From assembly GCF_001194135.2 (NCBI RefSeq), contig NC_068986.1:7672372-7717414 (forward strand): 45,043 nucleotides of DNA, given 5' to 3'. Position 1 is the stretch's first letter. Each line of letters opens with the position of its first letter. Under the pieces are notes generated by a model, which was given only the letters and a program-made list of their open reading frames with translations, was not told the DNA's origin and ran no database searches. This document shows, piece by piece, positions 1 to 11,874 of the stretch. Source of the DNA: Octopus bimaculoides. Its lineage: Eukaryota. A program made the translations under genes and the position numbers.

Positions 1-150
1 ATATATATATATATACATACACACGCATACATACATGCATACATACATATATACGTGCACACATGCGCGCGCATGCACAATCATATGTGTGTGTGTGTGC
101 GTGGGTGGGTGTATATGTGTGTATGTGTGTATGTGTGTGTGTGTTTGTGT
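1..150. repeat. Compound (TA)n/(CA)n/(TG)n microsatellite
   Basis: Direct inspection. Confidence 0.95.
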
Positions 151-1036
151 GTAACATATTGGCGTCTGAAATACCTAACAAGCCTAAAAAGTTGAACTAA
201 GATTTTGTTTTGATTAAATTCCTATATTACAGATCAATATCTGCTTTAAGCAAGTTCCTTTCTCAGTAGAATATTAGCTGGCAGAAATTATATGTTTACA
301 GTTAAAATATTCCGAAAATAAAACCTGTTATGAAAGTAAGAAAAACATATTTCATCTGAATTTGATAAACAAATTTCCTTAAAAAGAGAGGAATGGACGA
401 ACGAAATAAAACTAAACTATTTCAGCGAAATAAATGTCGGATAAATATCAAATCTATAGCATAAACTTCTAAAGGAAATAGGAATTTACATTTATTTCAC
501 GTTAAGAAGACTAATCAATATTTGATAAACAACTAGGAACAATATTAAGAACAACAATGAATGTAGCGAAAACAGATGTGGCAGTTGCAGCGACGGTAAC
601 ATCAAAAACAAGAGCAGCAAAACCAACGATATATGTTGACTGAAGATAATAGAAATGTGAAAAGCGAACACATACAATAAGAAATATAACAATACCTGCT
701 ACATCAACAACAAATCAAGAACAAACAGCAAGCTAACAATAATAAATTACAAACAGCAATAGAGGGATAAATGCAGATTTCTACATTAACAAGAAAATAT
801 GAAAATTTAATAGAAATCAACTATAGATGTGTGCATAAAGAGGGGGAATAATATGTAACTGATCTATTTGAAAATATGCGAAATAGAAAAAGGTACAGAT
901 TCAATAGGAAATATAGTGAAATGAATAAAATGTCAGAGAGATATCTGAAATCAACAGTTATCTTTCCACTATTAAGAAAAATTGTGTGGTACAGTTAATA
1001 CCTCTCATGAAACGTAGTAGTAATATACATACATAA

Positions 1037-1235
1037 TACCTACCTACCTACCTACCTACCTACCTACCTATTTACCTATCTATCTACCTACCTACCTACC
1101 TACCTACCTACCTATCTATCTACCTACCTACCTACCTACCTACCTACCTGCCTACTTACTTACCTATCTACCTACCTACCTACCTACATACCTACCTACC
1201 TACCCACCTACCTACCTACCTACATACATACATAC
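1037..1235. repeat. (CCTA)n tetranucleotide microsatellite grading into (CATA)n
   Basis: About 50 imperfect TACC units. Confidence 0.95.
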
Positions 1236-1334
1236 AAAATTGTTTCGAATGTCATATAATATCCGTTCGGCAACATCTTGTAACCACCAAGTGTCGAAAT
1301 GCATCCCTTGACCAAGTTTGCTTACATGAGGCTG

Positions 1335-1619
1335 ATAACATCTTGAATTTCAGTCTGGTCAGATTAAAAACATTCCTTGTTGTTCGATATTTTATGTAAA
1401 TACCCTCTTCAGAGTTTTGAAAAGCATGTGACAACACAACAGCAAAGTATATTGCAAAGAGTGTGGGTGAATCAAGGTCTCCTTGCTTTGCTCCATTTTC
1501 CACAGCACAAGGCATTGCTACACAAGAGCATGCCTTTATCGTGCTACCAAAATTAACTCTAGCTTTCATATATTGATGCAAAGCCCTGACCATGCTTACA
1601 ATTTTTTTGTGGGCAACAT
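1335..1619 (-). mobile_element. RTE-clade (BovB-like) LINE reverse transcriptase fragment, degraded
   Basis: Minus-strand peptide CPQKIVSMVRALHQYMKARVNFGS...AVENGAKQGDLDSPTLFAIYFAVVLSHAFQNSEEGIYIKYRTTRNVFNLTRLK matches the RTE RT region around the GVKQG..LAPTLF motif, including the RTE-typical GIYIRYR..G.LFNL.RL segment. Confidence 0.85.
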
Positions 1620-1641
1620 ACATACATACGTACATAAATAC

Positions 1642-1930
1642 GGAGCCTTGAATCATTATTAGAAACTGGCTCCCTCCTCAGTGGAAGATTTCTAATAATG
1701 AAAAAATTGAAGAGACATACAAATAAAAGTACCCTGTTGTTGATGTTGAAATTCCAAGGAAGGAGCCTTGGATCTAGGTTAGAAACCGGCTCTTTCTCTA
1801 TTGGCAAGGAATCTTGAAATAAACAGAATAATGACATGCATACAAAAAATACCCCGCTATTGATGTTGAAATTCCAATGAAGGCGCTTTGAATCTAGGAT
1901 AGAAACCGGTTCTTTAGTTGGTAGCGGAAA
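1642..1930. repeat. 120-bp-period tandem repeat, about 2.4 copies
   Basis: GG(A/C)GC(C/T)TTG(A/G)ATC starts at 1642, 1762 and 1882; TGATGTTGAAATTCCAA at 1741 and 1861. Confidence 0.9.
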
Positions 1931-2654
1931 TAGTACTGAATCTTTTGATACCCCATACGTCAAAATCGGCAACTCGGTTNNNNNNNNNNTATATATATAT
2001 ATATATATATATATACATGAATATATATTCATATATTCGCTTAAAAGCCGCACTTTCTGCGGACTTTTAAAGTAGATCCTGCGGAGGTCAAATTGTGCTG
2101 CGGCCCAAAACTAGCGAGAACTAGCTAGCATGACTATAATACGTTCATAATGACAATATACCCCGGTGGTGTTTGATCAGAATCTAAGAACGGATGAGAA
2201 ATAATTCTCTAATGCAATCATTCTATTGTTCTGGGTCCTAGTTGAATTCCAGTTGTTGGCTAATTTATCCTAACGTTCTTATCTTCACGTAAAATTAACG
2301 AAATGAATGTCATTAATCTCCCCCTTCATCTCTGACGCCATCTCACGAACACCATCAAGATGACGTGAGTCAACAAAGTTTTAGCTGCTAAAAATAGCAA
2401 CCCAAATGCTTTTATATCAGTTACCAATGCTGGATGTTCAAGAACCAAATGGCGTAAATATCAGATGGTGGATCCTCGTTTTTTTTTCCGTAGAGTGGCA
2501 CCTTTTTTCTTGACTAAAGTAACAGAGATCACAGATTGCAGAGCAAAACACTTTCTTAACTTCTCTCAAGGTATTGTGGATGATGCAGTGATAAATCTGT
2601 CGTTTTCTTTGTGGACATTACCCCCCCCCCCCNNNNNNNNNNNNNNNNNNNNTT

Positions 2655-3176
2655 CTATTTAGACGGGGCAGCAATGGCAAAAAGTCAACTGAATCTTGCT
2701 AAGGGATCTTATATGCTGGAATCTGCGACTAGTTCTCTATTTTGTTGGCAAACGTCACATAAAATTTATGAGTTCATAAATGTTGTCTGAAATGATAAAA
2801 CTATTTCCCAAAACGAGAAAATGCAAAATAAATATGGCAAACATTTTAGAATTTCTCTATTGTTTGTTGTTGGCAAGGTTTCCTTGGAATTTATGTGCTT
2901 CATGAATCTCATCAAGGTTTCCCTCCTGGTAGAGAAAACAATAGATATCATTTTCGCAATAAGAAAAAGTTACATAGGTGCCAGAAGAACCTTTATATCT
3001 TTCATGTTTATATTGAGTTAACAAGTCTTGTGTACAGGGAATCCCTGCTGAAAATATTTTACAAACTTTTTTTTTTTTCAGATCACTTTATATTATGATG
3101 AAATAGAAACATAAGTCAGTGTCTCTGTAAGGACTTATTTCTATACAAAAGTGAGTCAAACAAAGTGACATCCCCT
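2655..3176. mobile_element. Possible non-autonomous TTAA-targeting DNA transposon end (Kolobok/piggyBac-like)
   Basis: Segment ends GTGACATCCCCT followed by TTAA (3177-3180), i.e. TTAA-AGGGGATGTCAC on the minus strand. The second terminus was not found (an N-gap lies at 2633-2652). Confidence 0.25.
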
Positions 3177-3211
3177 TTAACTTTGATTTTTTTCTATTCT
3201 GCACCATGCAG

Positions 3212-3330
3212 ATGCTTTTGCCACCGATTGCTCTTCTGCGAGCTATATTGCCTACTCTACACATATATTGACTACTCTGCACCTCTGGGCGCTTCTTCTC
3301 TTTGTTCTTCAAGTTAAAGTGTCTTGCTAA
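3212..3330 (+). CDS. Candidate terminal coding exon with a GPI-signal-like C-terminus; host gene unidentified
   Basis: Polypyrimidine tract plus CAG acceptor (3209-3211); phase-1 frame (D)AFATDCSSASYIAYSTHILTTLHLWALLLFVLQVKVSC*; about 43% GC, above the flanks. No upstream exon established. Confidence 0.3.
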
Positions 3331-3623
3331 CCATGAAGAAGTATTTTAATTCGTTTTGAAATTTCTTTTCTACAAATGTCTGAGATGTTGTGACACATAT
3401 TCGAAAATTAAGTAAATTCTCTTGGGTTATATTTCAACATCTTGTAAAGTATTTGAATTTAGCATCAGTTAGGATAGGATTCCTGAAATGGCTCAAGGTG
3501 TCGGAAAAGCACAGAGTAGAAAGAACAGAACAGAAAGTGGTACACAAGTTTTTTCTGTGGTAGTGGTGGGGGGAGATAGAACCCGCAGCTATTTTTGTTT
3601 TGTAGATGGGGGACAAAAATATA

Positions 3624-4784
3624 TCAGGTTATCCCATAAGTAATGTCCAGACTTCTATATTTCCCAATTTGTAAACGCTTTAACAGTATTTTGGAATGTC
3701 TAATGGCATCAAGTAACATTTATATGTATTTGGACATAGTTAAATTGATTAAATTTCATGTTGCTGGATAATCATTAATTACAGCTCTTCAAACAAGGAA
3801 GTGACTAAAGAGTATTTGAGGTACAGTATGCTTTATGAGTATAAAAAGTGGAACTCTACAGCTGAAGCAACTTGAAATATTTACTCAGAAGAGTGCCTGA
3901 ATGAAAAAAAACTTGCAGAAGTGGAGATTTCAGCATTGAATATGAGGCCCAAACAGGACGTCCAATTGAGTTTGAGGACAAGCTCCTTTTGGCAGAACCT
4001 GTAAAATATCCTGCACTTTCAGCCATACAGCTATTCACCACCATCCTCAACTGCTTGGAAAGGTTTCAAAATTCAGAAAATGGGTGCCTCATGATTTATC
4101 TAAAACCAACCGCAAATCCCAAGTGGACAGCTGCTCTTTTCATCCTTCTCGTGAACTCATCTCGCTCTTTTTAAACAGACTGACGATATGTTAAGAGTCG
4201 TAAACATTGGCTTAGCGAAGAGGAAAAGGCCTAACTACAACCGAAAACGGAATTTCAGGCGAAGAAGGTTCTTCTCTCTGTTTGGTGGGATTGCAAAGGA
4301 GTCATCCACTTTGAGTTGCTACCAACTAATGCAAAAATCAATGCTGGAATCTACTATCAGCAATTAGAACATCTGAACGCTGCATTTAAGAAAACAAAGG
4401 CCTGCTTTAGTGAATCGAATGGGAGTGGTGTTTCATCAGGACAATGCAAGACCCCACACCACACAGATCACGTCACAGAAGATCGAGGAAATTGCTGGGA
4501 GGAAATTGCTCATTCACCTTATTTCCAAGACCTTGCTCCTTCAGATTTGTTCCATAGTTTACAGAATCATTTGGATGGATTAACTCTCGAAACTGACCTT
4601 CCAGAATTCTTCACTTCGAAACCGAAGGACTTTTTCACTAATAGGATTTAAAAGCTTATGGATAGACAGAAAGATGTCATAGATGACCATGGAAACAATA
4701 TTGATCACGAATTTTCATTAAAATATACATTTCATCATTTGTTTTCCTTCATTAAAATCTGGATACACTTATGAGATGACCTGA
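3624..4784 (+). mobile_element. Mariner (DD34D) transposon, both ends present, decayed
   Basis: TIRs TCAGGTTATCCCATAAGTAATGTCCAGA (3624-3651) and its near reverse complement (4758-4784), TA on both sides. Transposase motifs WVPHDL (4081), WWDCKGVIHFELLP, HQDNARPH, HSPYFQDLAPSD, with stops, frameshifts and deletions. Confidence 0.95.
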
Positions 4785-5733
4785 TATATTCTAATTTATC
4801 AACTTTATACTGGAGGTTCACAGATATTTCAGAACCTTTCTGTCGTATTTCTCTTTCCAGCGTTGATTGCACAAGGCATTGCTACACAAGAGCATGCCTT
4901 TATCATGCTACCAACCATTCTTACACCTATTCATAAATACGTACTAACTCACACATACACACACACGCACACACACACACGCACACATACACACATACAC
5001 ACTTATGTATGTCTCAGAATCTACCCTACCATAATTACTAGCTAATACCTAAACAGTAAATCTTGTAACCACTAAATTCCTGAGGAACTGACACTAATAA
5101 CAAACGAAATCCTTGATCTATATCCAATAATTACACACGCTCACATACACACACACACATATATATCTACATACATACAACACACATACATATATTCGAA
5201 CACACACACGCACACACACACATTCTTCTAATTGAAAACAACGTCTAACAGCGAGTTTCGAGAAAAAAAACAAAACTCAATGTACGAAAACAAAAAACTG
5301 TGTTGCATTCCTATAAGTGGACTAATTTGGTGTTTGAGTTGCAAACTACAAACTGAGGTGGAGCACGTCATTATATGAAACATCAATAGAGAAGCCTATC
5401 ATGCAAATATTAACTACCGCATTAATTACCTTGTGGAGATCTATATAAATGAAAATAGTAAAAAGAAATAATAGTTGATAATTACAAGAGATAGATCGAC
5501 GTATTGATCAACTGCTACCGAGCAGGCGGTGGTAGGTAAATGAAAGAATTTTTCTCCACAGTCCGCTTCATGGTGGTAAGAAGATGAGAGAATTTCTCTT
5601 TGTTATGCGCTACACAGTTTATGCCTCAAGACCTCGCTTACGCTAATAACATCGAAATACTATTTTCGGTTTGTTGCCTTGTTTTTAATTAAGAAACGAA
5701 ATAATAAACGACGATATTATTTTACATCTTTGA

Positions 5734-5736
<3 letters not shown>

Positions 5737-5784
<48 letters not shown>

Positions 5785-5988
5785 ATATGTACATGTGTGC
5801 ACATATATCTTTTATCTTTCATTTGTTTTGCCTATTTCACTGCGGCCAAGTTGGAGCATGGTCTTGAAGGTGTCATCGAGCCCAGTACACTGTTTCAAAG
5901 TTCGATATGTTTTCTATCGGCCTCCTTCACCGAATCGGTACAAACACAAACATACTCACACACAAAAGCACACCCACACAGACAGACA

Positions 5989-6040
<52 letters not shown>

Positions 6041-6453
6041 NNNNNNNNNNNNNNNNNNNNNNNNNNNNNNNNNNNNNNNNNNNNNNNNNNNNNNNNNNNN
6101 NNNNNNNNNNNNNNNNNNNNNNNNNNNNNNNNNNNNNNNNNNNNNNNNNNNNNNNNNNNNNNNNNNNNNNNNNNNNNNNNNNNNNNNNNNNNNNNNNNNN
6201 NNNNNNNNNNNNNNNNNNNNNNNNNNNNNNNNNNNNNNNNNNNNNNNNNNNNNNNNNNNNNNNNNNNNNNNNNNNNNNNNNNNNNNNNNNNNNNNNNNNN
6301 NNNNNNNNNNNNNNNNNNNNNNNNNNNNNNNNNNNNNNNNNNNNNNNNNNNNNNNNNNNNNNNNNNNNNNNNNNNNNNNNNNNNNNNNNNNNNNNNNNNN
6401 NNNNNNNNNNNNNNNNNNNNNNNNNNNNNNNNNNNNNNNNNNNNNNNNNNNNN

Positions 6454-6528
<75 letters not shown>

Positions 6529-6559
6529 CATACATACATACAAACATACATACATACAA

Positions 6560-6590
<31 letters not shown>
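5737..6590. repeat. (TG)n, (CA)n, (TA)n, (CATA)n microsatellite cluster around gap 6041-6453
   Basis: Direct inspection; the source of the many spurious ORFs here. Confidence 0.9.
5808..5955 (-). mobile_element. Diverged 3' part of tRNA-headed SINE family A
   Basis: ACTGCGGCCAAGTTGGAGCA...TCTATCGG...CCGAA aligns with the tail of the copy at 14745-14935. Confidence 0.7.
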
Positions 6591-6593
<3 letters not shown>

Positions 6594-7297
6594 TCCATCC
6601 TTAAACTCCATCCTGTCAATACCTCAAATGTAAAATTTTACCGAATGTATACCCAAGACAATTATAATGAATATGGAGGTTTGCACATGTGCATATATTT
6701 TAATTCTTCAGTCACTTATACATCATATTCTGCTTGAAATTCATCCGACGCACGTTTCTGCTGCATTGACACCTAGCAATTGCATCTTCATTCAGTTACT
6801 TTCAACTGGTTATTAATCTATGCAACTTTATTCAAGGTCTCTTCACTGATGTGGTTCGGAGAGAACTAACGCTAGGGTTTTTAAAAAATATACTTTGACC
6901 TAATTAAATGTCTAGTATTTTATTCTGGAACCTCAAACCTACGGTCATGATAAGGTCAACCTCATAGCAGCTACAAATTAAAACAATTCTATAATGTGTG
7001 GACGTATAACACAATTGAATTGACTGCTAAAACATTCAATATTTCAGTTTTAAAGAATTAATGAAATGACAAAACCTCATTGAAAGAATAGATAAATTAC
7101 AGTGCATTGAAATAAACAGCTTCTGGCGGTGTCTGACTTTATTTGTACCCAAAATTTTAAATGTACAGCAAATGGAATTAACAATCTGGCTATGTTATCT
7201 CTCTAAAAATACCGAATAATGTATGTAGTTTAGAAGGCTTTGTCGGCGTGTAAATGTGTGTCACCTGAAAGGCATTATTTAATCTTCTTATTCTTTA

Positions 7298-7415
7298 TGA
7301 TTTCGCATCCTGCTGGGGTGGATAAAATCAATACCAGTCAAGTATTGGGATTTGAGTTAATCGACTTTGTTCTTTTTCAAAATGTGTAGTCCTGTGGCAA
7401 TGATAGAAAGCACTG
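7298..7415 (+). mobile_element. Degraded SINE family C fragment
   Basis: CATCCTGCTGGGGTGGATAAAATCAATACCAGTCAAGTATTGGG...TTAATCGACTT shares the GGGGTCGATAAA(A)TAAAGTA core with 15444-15484 (-) and 31590-31690. Confidence 0.55.
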
Positions 7416-8465
7416 TAATAAACCTGGTTACTTGCACTCATAACAGATTTCACATATTATATGTCTTTCAGATTACAGTTGGATATTATTTAGAAAAATT
7501 TATTTTGAAATAGATATTTTTATAGTTTTTTTAAAACTAATCTTTGAGAAGCTAAAATAAGGAAGTCGATAAAAGTATTTTCTCTTGGTTAATTCATTTC
7601 GTATATTTGTAGTGATAAATAATCGCATACTCTCTTCATCTCATTTCGACATTTTAAAAGTGTTTGCAATCATGTTGTATTTTTCTCTCGCTGACAAAAC
7701 GGTAATTCCAAAGATCTATGTCTTCCTATGTAAACTGATACATTTAGCTTGTTTGATATTCGCGAGAAAGCTAATAACTTCGCGAATTTTCTACGTATTG
7801 AATATTTCCTTGGTGATTATATGAATTCTAATTCAATTAAAAATTGACAGATTTCGGGCGTGGGGAAGGATTTTTAAATTTTAGAATGGAATAACCTATA
7901 GGTACACAATATTATCTCTCTGAAAACAGATTATCACTTCAGAAATATTCTACAGATGGTCTAATTAAAATTCCTCTCTTCGGAAACGAAAATACGTATG
8001 CAAATATGCTAATAAGATTATACAGGAATATTAACTATTTTCACTATATATGCTGTGAAACGTAAGTGAAGCCACAGTAAGTCATAGTGTTTATATATAC
8101 AAGATATATTTTCATAAACTATTTAAATAATTTTTATGCATTATTTGTTTTGTTTTCTTCCTAAGTTGGTTTTTTTTATATATTGATATATTTTGATGAC
8201 TTCCTGCACATTCAGGATGAAATGGACTATATTCCGATTCACATAAATCATTAAAGAACACAGCTATCACATGGTTCATCCAATCTGAGTTTCTCAAATT
8301 ATTCCTAACAACAAACGTATCTACATCATAGAGATATATGCCTGTGTGCTTACACGTAGAACTCAAAGTTACAAGGGCTGCCTTAAACAAAATAAAATAT
8401 GATTATTCACTATCATGGTATTGAGTATTTGATTTTTGTTACGACAGTTAATGCTAAACGTGCGC

Positions 8466-8770
8466 ATTACTCAAATAACTTAGATTGGTTTCGGCCATTA
8501 TCGGCCCATGTCCCGACTAACTCAAAAGCACCACCAAGCGAGGTCTTTTAAGTCAGGTTTTGAAACACCACGGACCACTGTAGCAAAGAGTTGTGGGCTG
8601 AGACATATCCAGTTGTTGGTAGTTTATTTGGCAATTCTTGAAGGGATTTGTTCAGGTACTGTTTGAATGTTGTAGGGTTTCTTTCTGCTTCACGAATAAC
8701 ATTGAATAAAACAAGACCATTTACGATGGGAAAAGTTGGCGCAATGTTATCATGTGACGTGAACTCCACT
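8466..8770 (-). mobile_element. CR1/L2-group LINE 3' end (ORF2 C-terminus plus 3' UTR), degraded
   Basis: VNGLVLFNVIREAERNPTTFKQYLNKSLQELPNKLPTTGYVSAHNSLLQW resembles the CR1-group C-terminal GP.LFN.LP...FK..LDK.L..IPD.P..PGY..A.NSL..W; followed by GGTGGTGC...ATGGCCGAAACC and a TAAG-like tail. Confidence 0.65.
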
Positions 8771-9178
8771 TTGTAGGGGGACTTATGACACGTATACACA
8801 CATCTACATACATACACACATATACATACACACATATACATATGTTACACACACACATGCACTTGCGCGCACGCACACACATACCCCCACACATACACAT
8901 ACCCACCCACACTCGTATAACCGAGTTTGTATGATTGTATATAGAATATATTAATCAATGAAATTCCATTTAGTCTGATTTTCACGTTTTATTATTTACA
9001 ATTTTTACAATTTTACAATATTGAAATAAACCAGTACTTGGATGCTTTCCGCAAGCATCAGGTTTACGTAGTGACAGTCGTGTTCCACAATTAACAACTG
9101 TAATGAAATGGTTAGATTTGTCTTTTAAGTACCCTCCAAAGGGCTCCACCAAGCTGAATCTTACGAACGGTATTTTGA

Positions 9179-9388
9179 ATGTATCTAAGTATATGGCTTA
9201 GATGTCACGGTTTGGTGAGCACGCGCCAAGTAAGTTCTAAATGTATTTCGACCAATCAATTTGTGACTTTGATGTCATGGTTTGGTGAATGCGCCAGTTT
9301 AGTTAGCATGTATCCCGCATTTTTCAACGAGATATTTTAGTCAATTGGTGTGCGGCTTGGAGGTCACGGTTTGGTGGGCGCGTCAAGA
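9179..9388. repeat. Three-copy degenerate repeat with variable spacers
   Basis: GA(T/G)GTCA(C/T)GGTTTGGTG...GCG(C/T)CA at 9201, 9271 and 9360. Confidence 0.8.
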
Positions 9389-9542
9389 ATTCTTTACTTT
9401 AACTGCACCTAAGGGAATAATTGTTGTAAACAACATTCCTGTTTTCATTGAATTCTATTGTTACAATTTTCCAGAAAGTCGATGTTGAGATGGTTAGCAC
9501 AACTACCATCCTCGCCATCGCTTTCATTATTGTTGATATTAG

Positions 9543-9640
9543 TGATGGCAGTGGTAGTAGTGGTAATAGCAGTAGTAGTTATCATAATTACTATTATCAT
9601 TATTATAATTATCACCGTTACTATAACTTATTATTATTAG
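9543..9640. repeat. Degenerate (AGT)n/(TAT)n trinucleotide tract
   Basis: Direct inspection. Confidence 0.8.
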
Positions 9641-9642
9641 TA

Positions 9643-10210
9643 GGAAAGTCTATTTGCCAACGCAACATGGCACTCCTACGCAGGACGATATTACTAATTT
9701 TCAGCTCCAGGAAAACACCTACTCCAGCTGACTACCGACACACGACCTGTGTCCGTATACTGTGAGGAAAGGAGTCTACCGCTCCCTTTCTAGCCGTAGT
9801 AATGCCTGTAGACTAATGGTTTCTTGGTAATTTCCCCCTCTTCGGTACAGGACAACCACCGGCTAGAGATAGCAGTGACTCGCATAGAGATTTAAAACTA
9901 GTTGGTTTTTGTCTTTATGAGGTCAGCAACTGTGTCGCTGTAAAGGTACATACCATACTGTAAGCAAGAGCGATTAACTGCTATCTCTAGCCGGCGGTTG
10001 TCCTCTACTGAAGAAGGGAAATTACTCAGAAACCGTTGGTCTACAGGTATCACTACGGCTAGAAAGGAAGCGGTAGACTCCCTTGCCCACAGTATGTGGG
10101 CACATATCCTATGTCGGTAACCAGCTGGAAAAGATGTTTTCCTGGGTCTAAAATGTAGTAATATCGTTCTGCGTAGGACTGTCACGTTGCGTTGGCAAAT
10201 ATACTTTACC
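9643..10210. mobile_element. Fold-back/MITE with about 240-bp inverted arms
   Basis: 9643-9883 is the reverse complement of 9970-10210 (roughly 80-85% identical by eye); 86-bp spacer; GTA flanks both ends. Confidence 0.9.
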
Positions 10211-10266
10211 GTACGGTACTGTTACTACACATTTCTCGTTCAGAGGTTTAAAACTTGTTATTATTA

Positions 10267-10745
10267 TTATTGTCCACTTAAAACGAGTTTGAATTTATTA
10301 ATAAAATTCTTTTCTCTGACTTTTGTCTCAACTTCACTTGAGTTGTGTAGTTTGTAAAATAGGAACGTTATAAACTTTTTCTGATTATATGTTGTCAGAT
10401 GGTTGCATAAAGGTTTCTGAGGAGCATCAGGGTCTCTAATTTGTTGTCGGTGCACATTTGAAAGTTCCAATAAGTTCCAATGCATCCCCGGTCGGACCAA
10501 TGCATATCTCTTCCGCTGAATATCCTGTCTTTAACGGATGACTACGACTAGATTTCTAAATAAAGCGAGAGGGTTGGTTAGAGTTTCTGTGGATATACAC
10601 AGTTTCTTCGTTGGAATTTCTGTATCGGTAATACTTTCCCATTTTCAGTTCTAAGATTACATCCAGGGAAGTCAACCTTTGTCAAGTTGGAGGTAACGTT
10701 ATGGACAAAATCATTAGATCCTTCCTCAACTTGTCCATGGCATGG
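10267..10745 (-). mobile_element. Penelope-like element remnant (RT C-terminus plus GIY-YIG endonuclease end), internally deleted
   Basis: DKLRKDLMIL...NLTKVDF.DV.LELKMGKYYRYRNSNEETVYIHRNSNQP (RT end), then ICIGPTGDAL..VHRQQIRDP...FYKLHNS...EKNFINKFKLVL (endonuclease end). Confidence 0.8.
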
Positions 10746-10765
10746 CCATGCATATATACACATGG

Positions 10766-10769
<4 letters not shown>

Positions 10770-10799
<30 letters not shown>

Positions 10800-10954
10800 N
10801 NNNNNNNNNNNNNNNNNNNNNNNNNNNNNNNNNNNNNNNNNNNNNNNNNNNNNNNNNNNNNNNNNNNNNNNNNNNNNNNNNNNNNNNNNNNNNNNNNNNN
10901 NNNNNNNNNNNNNNNNNNNNNNNNNNNNNNNNNNNNNNNNNNNNNNNNNNNNNN

Positions 10955-11026
<72 letters not shown>

Positions 11027-11030
11027 TGAA
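10770..11030. repeat. (TA)n/(GA)n microsatellite around gap 10800-10954
   Basis: Direct inspection. Confidence 0.9.
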
Positions 11031-11874
11031 AGGCAGACAGAGAGGGAGAATAGTGTATCACAGAGTCCCTTACAGCTGTTTCTAGAATGTGTGTATCTTA
11101 GAAACCGTTGCAAGAGACTCTATACCTATATATGTATATATGAGTATGAATATATATTTATATGTTTATATATGTATATACATGTGTATAGAAAAGGCAA
11201 AGAAAGACGCAGAAAGATTGATATAGAGAAGGACAGATATGTGTACGACTCTATGAGTGTGTGTGTGTTGTGTGCTTGAGTAAGTTAACAATATTTTTGC
11301 TTGTATCGCTATATGTATACACGTATTCTTAACTACAATAATTTACAACAAGCTAAATATTACATGATTGGAGTAACTCACTGATGTCATTGTCAGCATG
11401 TGCATATATCAATGTTGAACAGTACCGGAAAGCGTATTTGGCAATGTCATTAAAACCAGTCTGTCAGAAAGAATTTTAAATTACCCATGAAGGTTCATCC
11501 CTTGAGAGGTATTAGAAAGATTGAAATACTTGGGCAGAACTCAGCTTAAAGCAGTTATGGCACTGTTTATTGAAATGAGTCTTAGGTATAATTGCAGTGC
11601 TCGTTGCACACACGCAGACACAAACGCGCGCGCGTGGTTATCACACATAGCTTCTCTCACGGACTCGACTAACAGATACTCGATTAACAGAGTAATCTAA
11701 TAGAAGAAGTATAATGTAGGATGCCATTACAGCTAAAGTCCAGGAGTTAGGAGAGGTGAAGGGTTACGGCTGTTTCGCTGCCAATATCATGTAATAATCC
11801 TAAAGATCGCAAGCACTTAACTAAATATTTCCACCTCTCATACATCCTATCTTTTTACCGTTTCTTCTGTATAT

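Noticed and set aside
372-479. 14-bp imperfect inverted repeat, possible tiny MITE (similar case at 22929-23023)
   Set aside because: Too short and degenerate, with no TSD.
2878-2928. Exon GFLGIYVLHESHQGFPP, frame-compatible with 3212
   Set aside because: Weak AAG acceptor and GTAGAG donor, and it lies within a probable DNA transposon remnant.
4861-4940. Exon after TTCTCTTTCCAG
   Set aside because: No good donor, runs into (CA)n, and no recognisable peptide in any frame.
5528-5598. 44-bp-period duplication and possible 14-nt microexon
   Set aside because: Two diverged copies only; the microexon is not frame-preserving.
5679-6737. Long ORFs of CV/HT/YI repeats (also at 10682, 13809, 19870, 24209, 26175, 27791, 29106, 34787)
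   Set aside because: Translations of microsatellites and N-gaps.
9179-9388. CRISPR array
   Set aside because: Eukaryotic context, only three degenerate units, unequal and partly homologous spacers, no cas genes.
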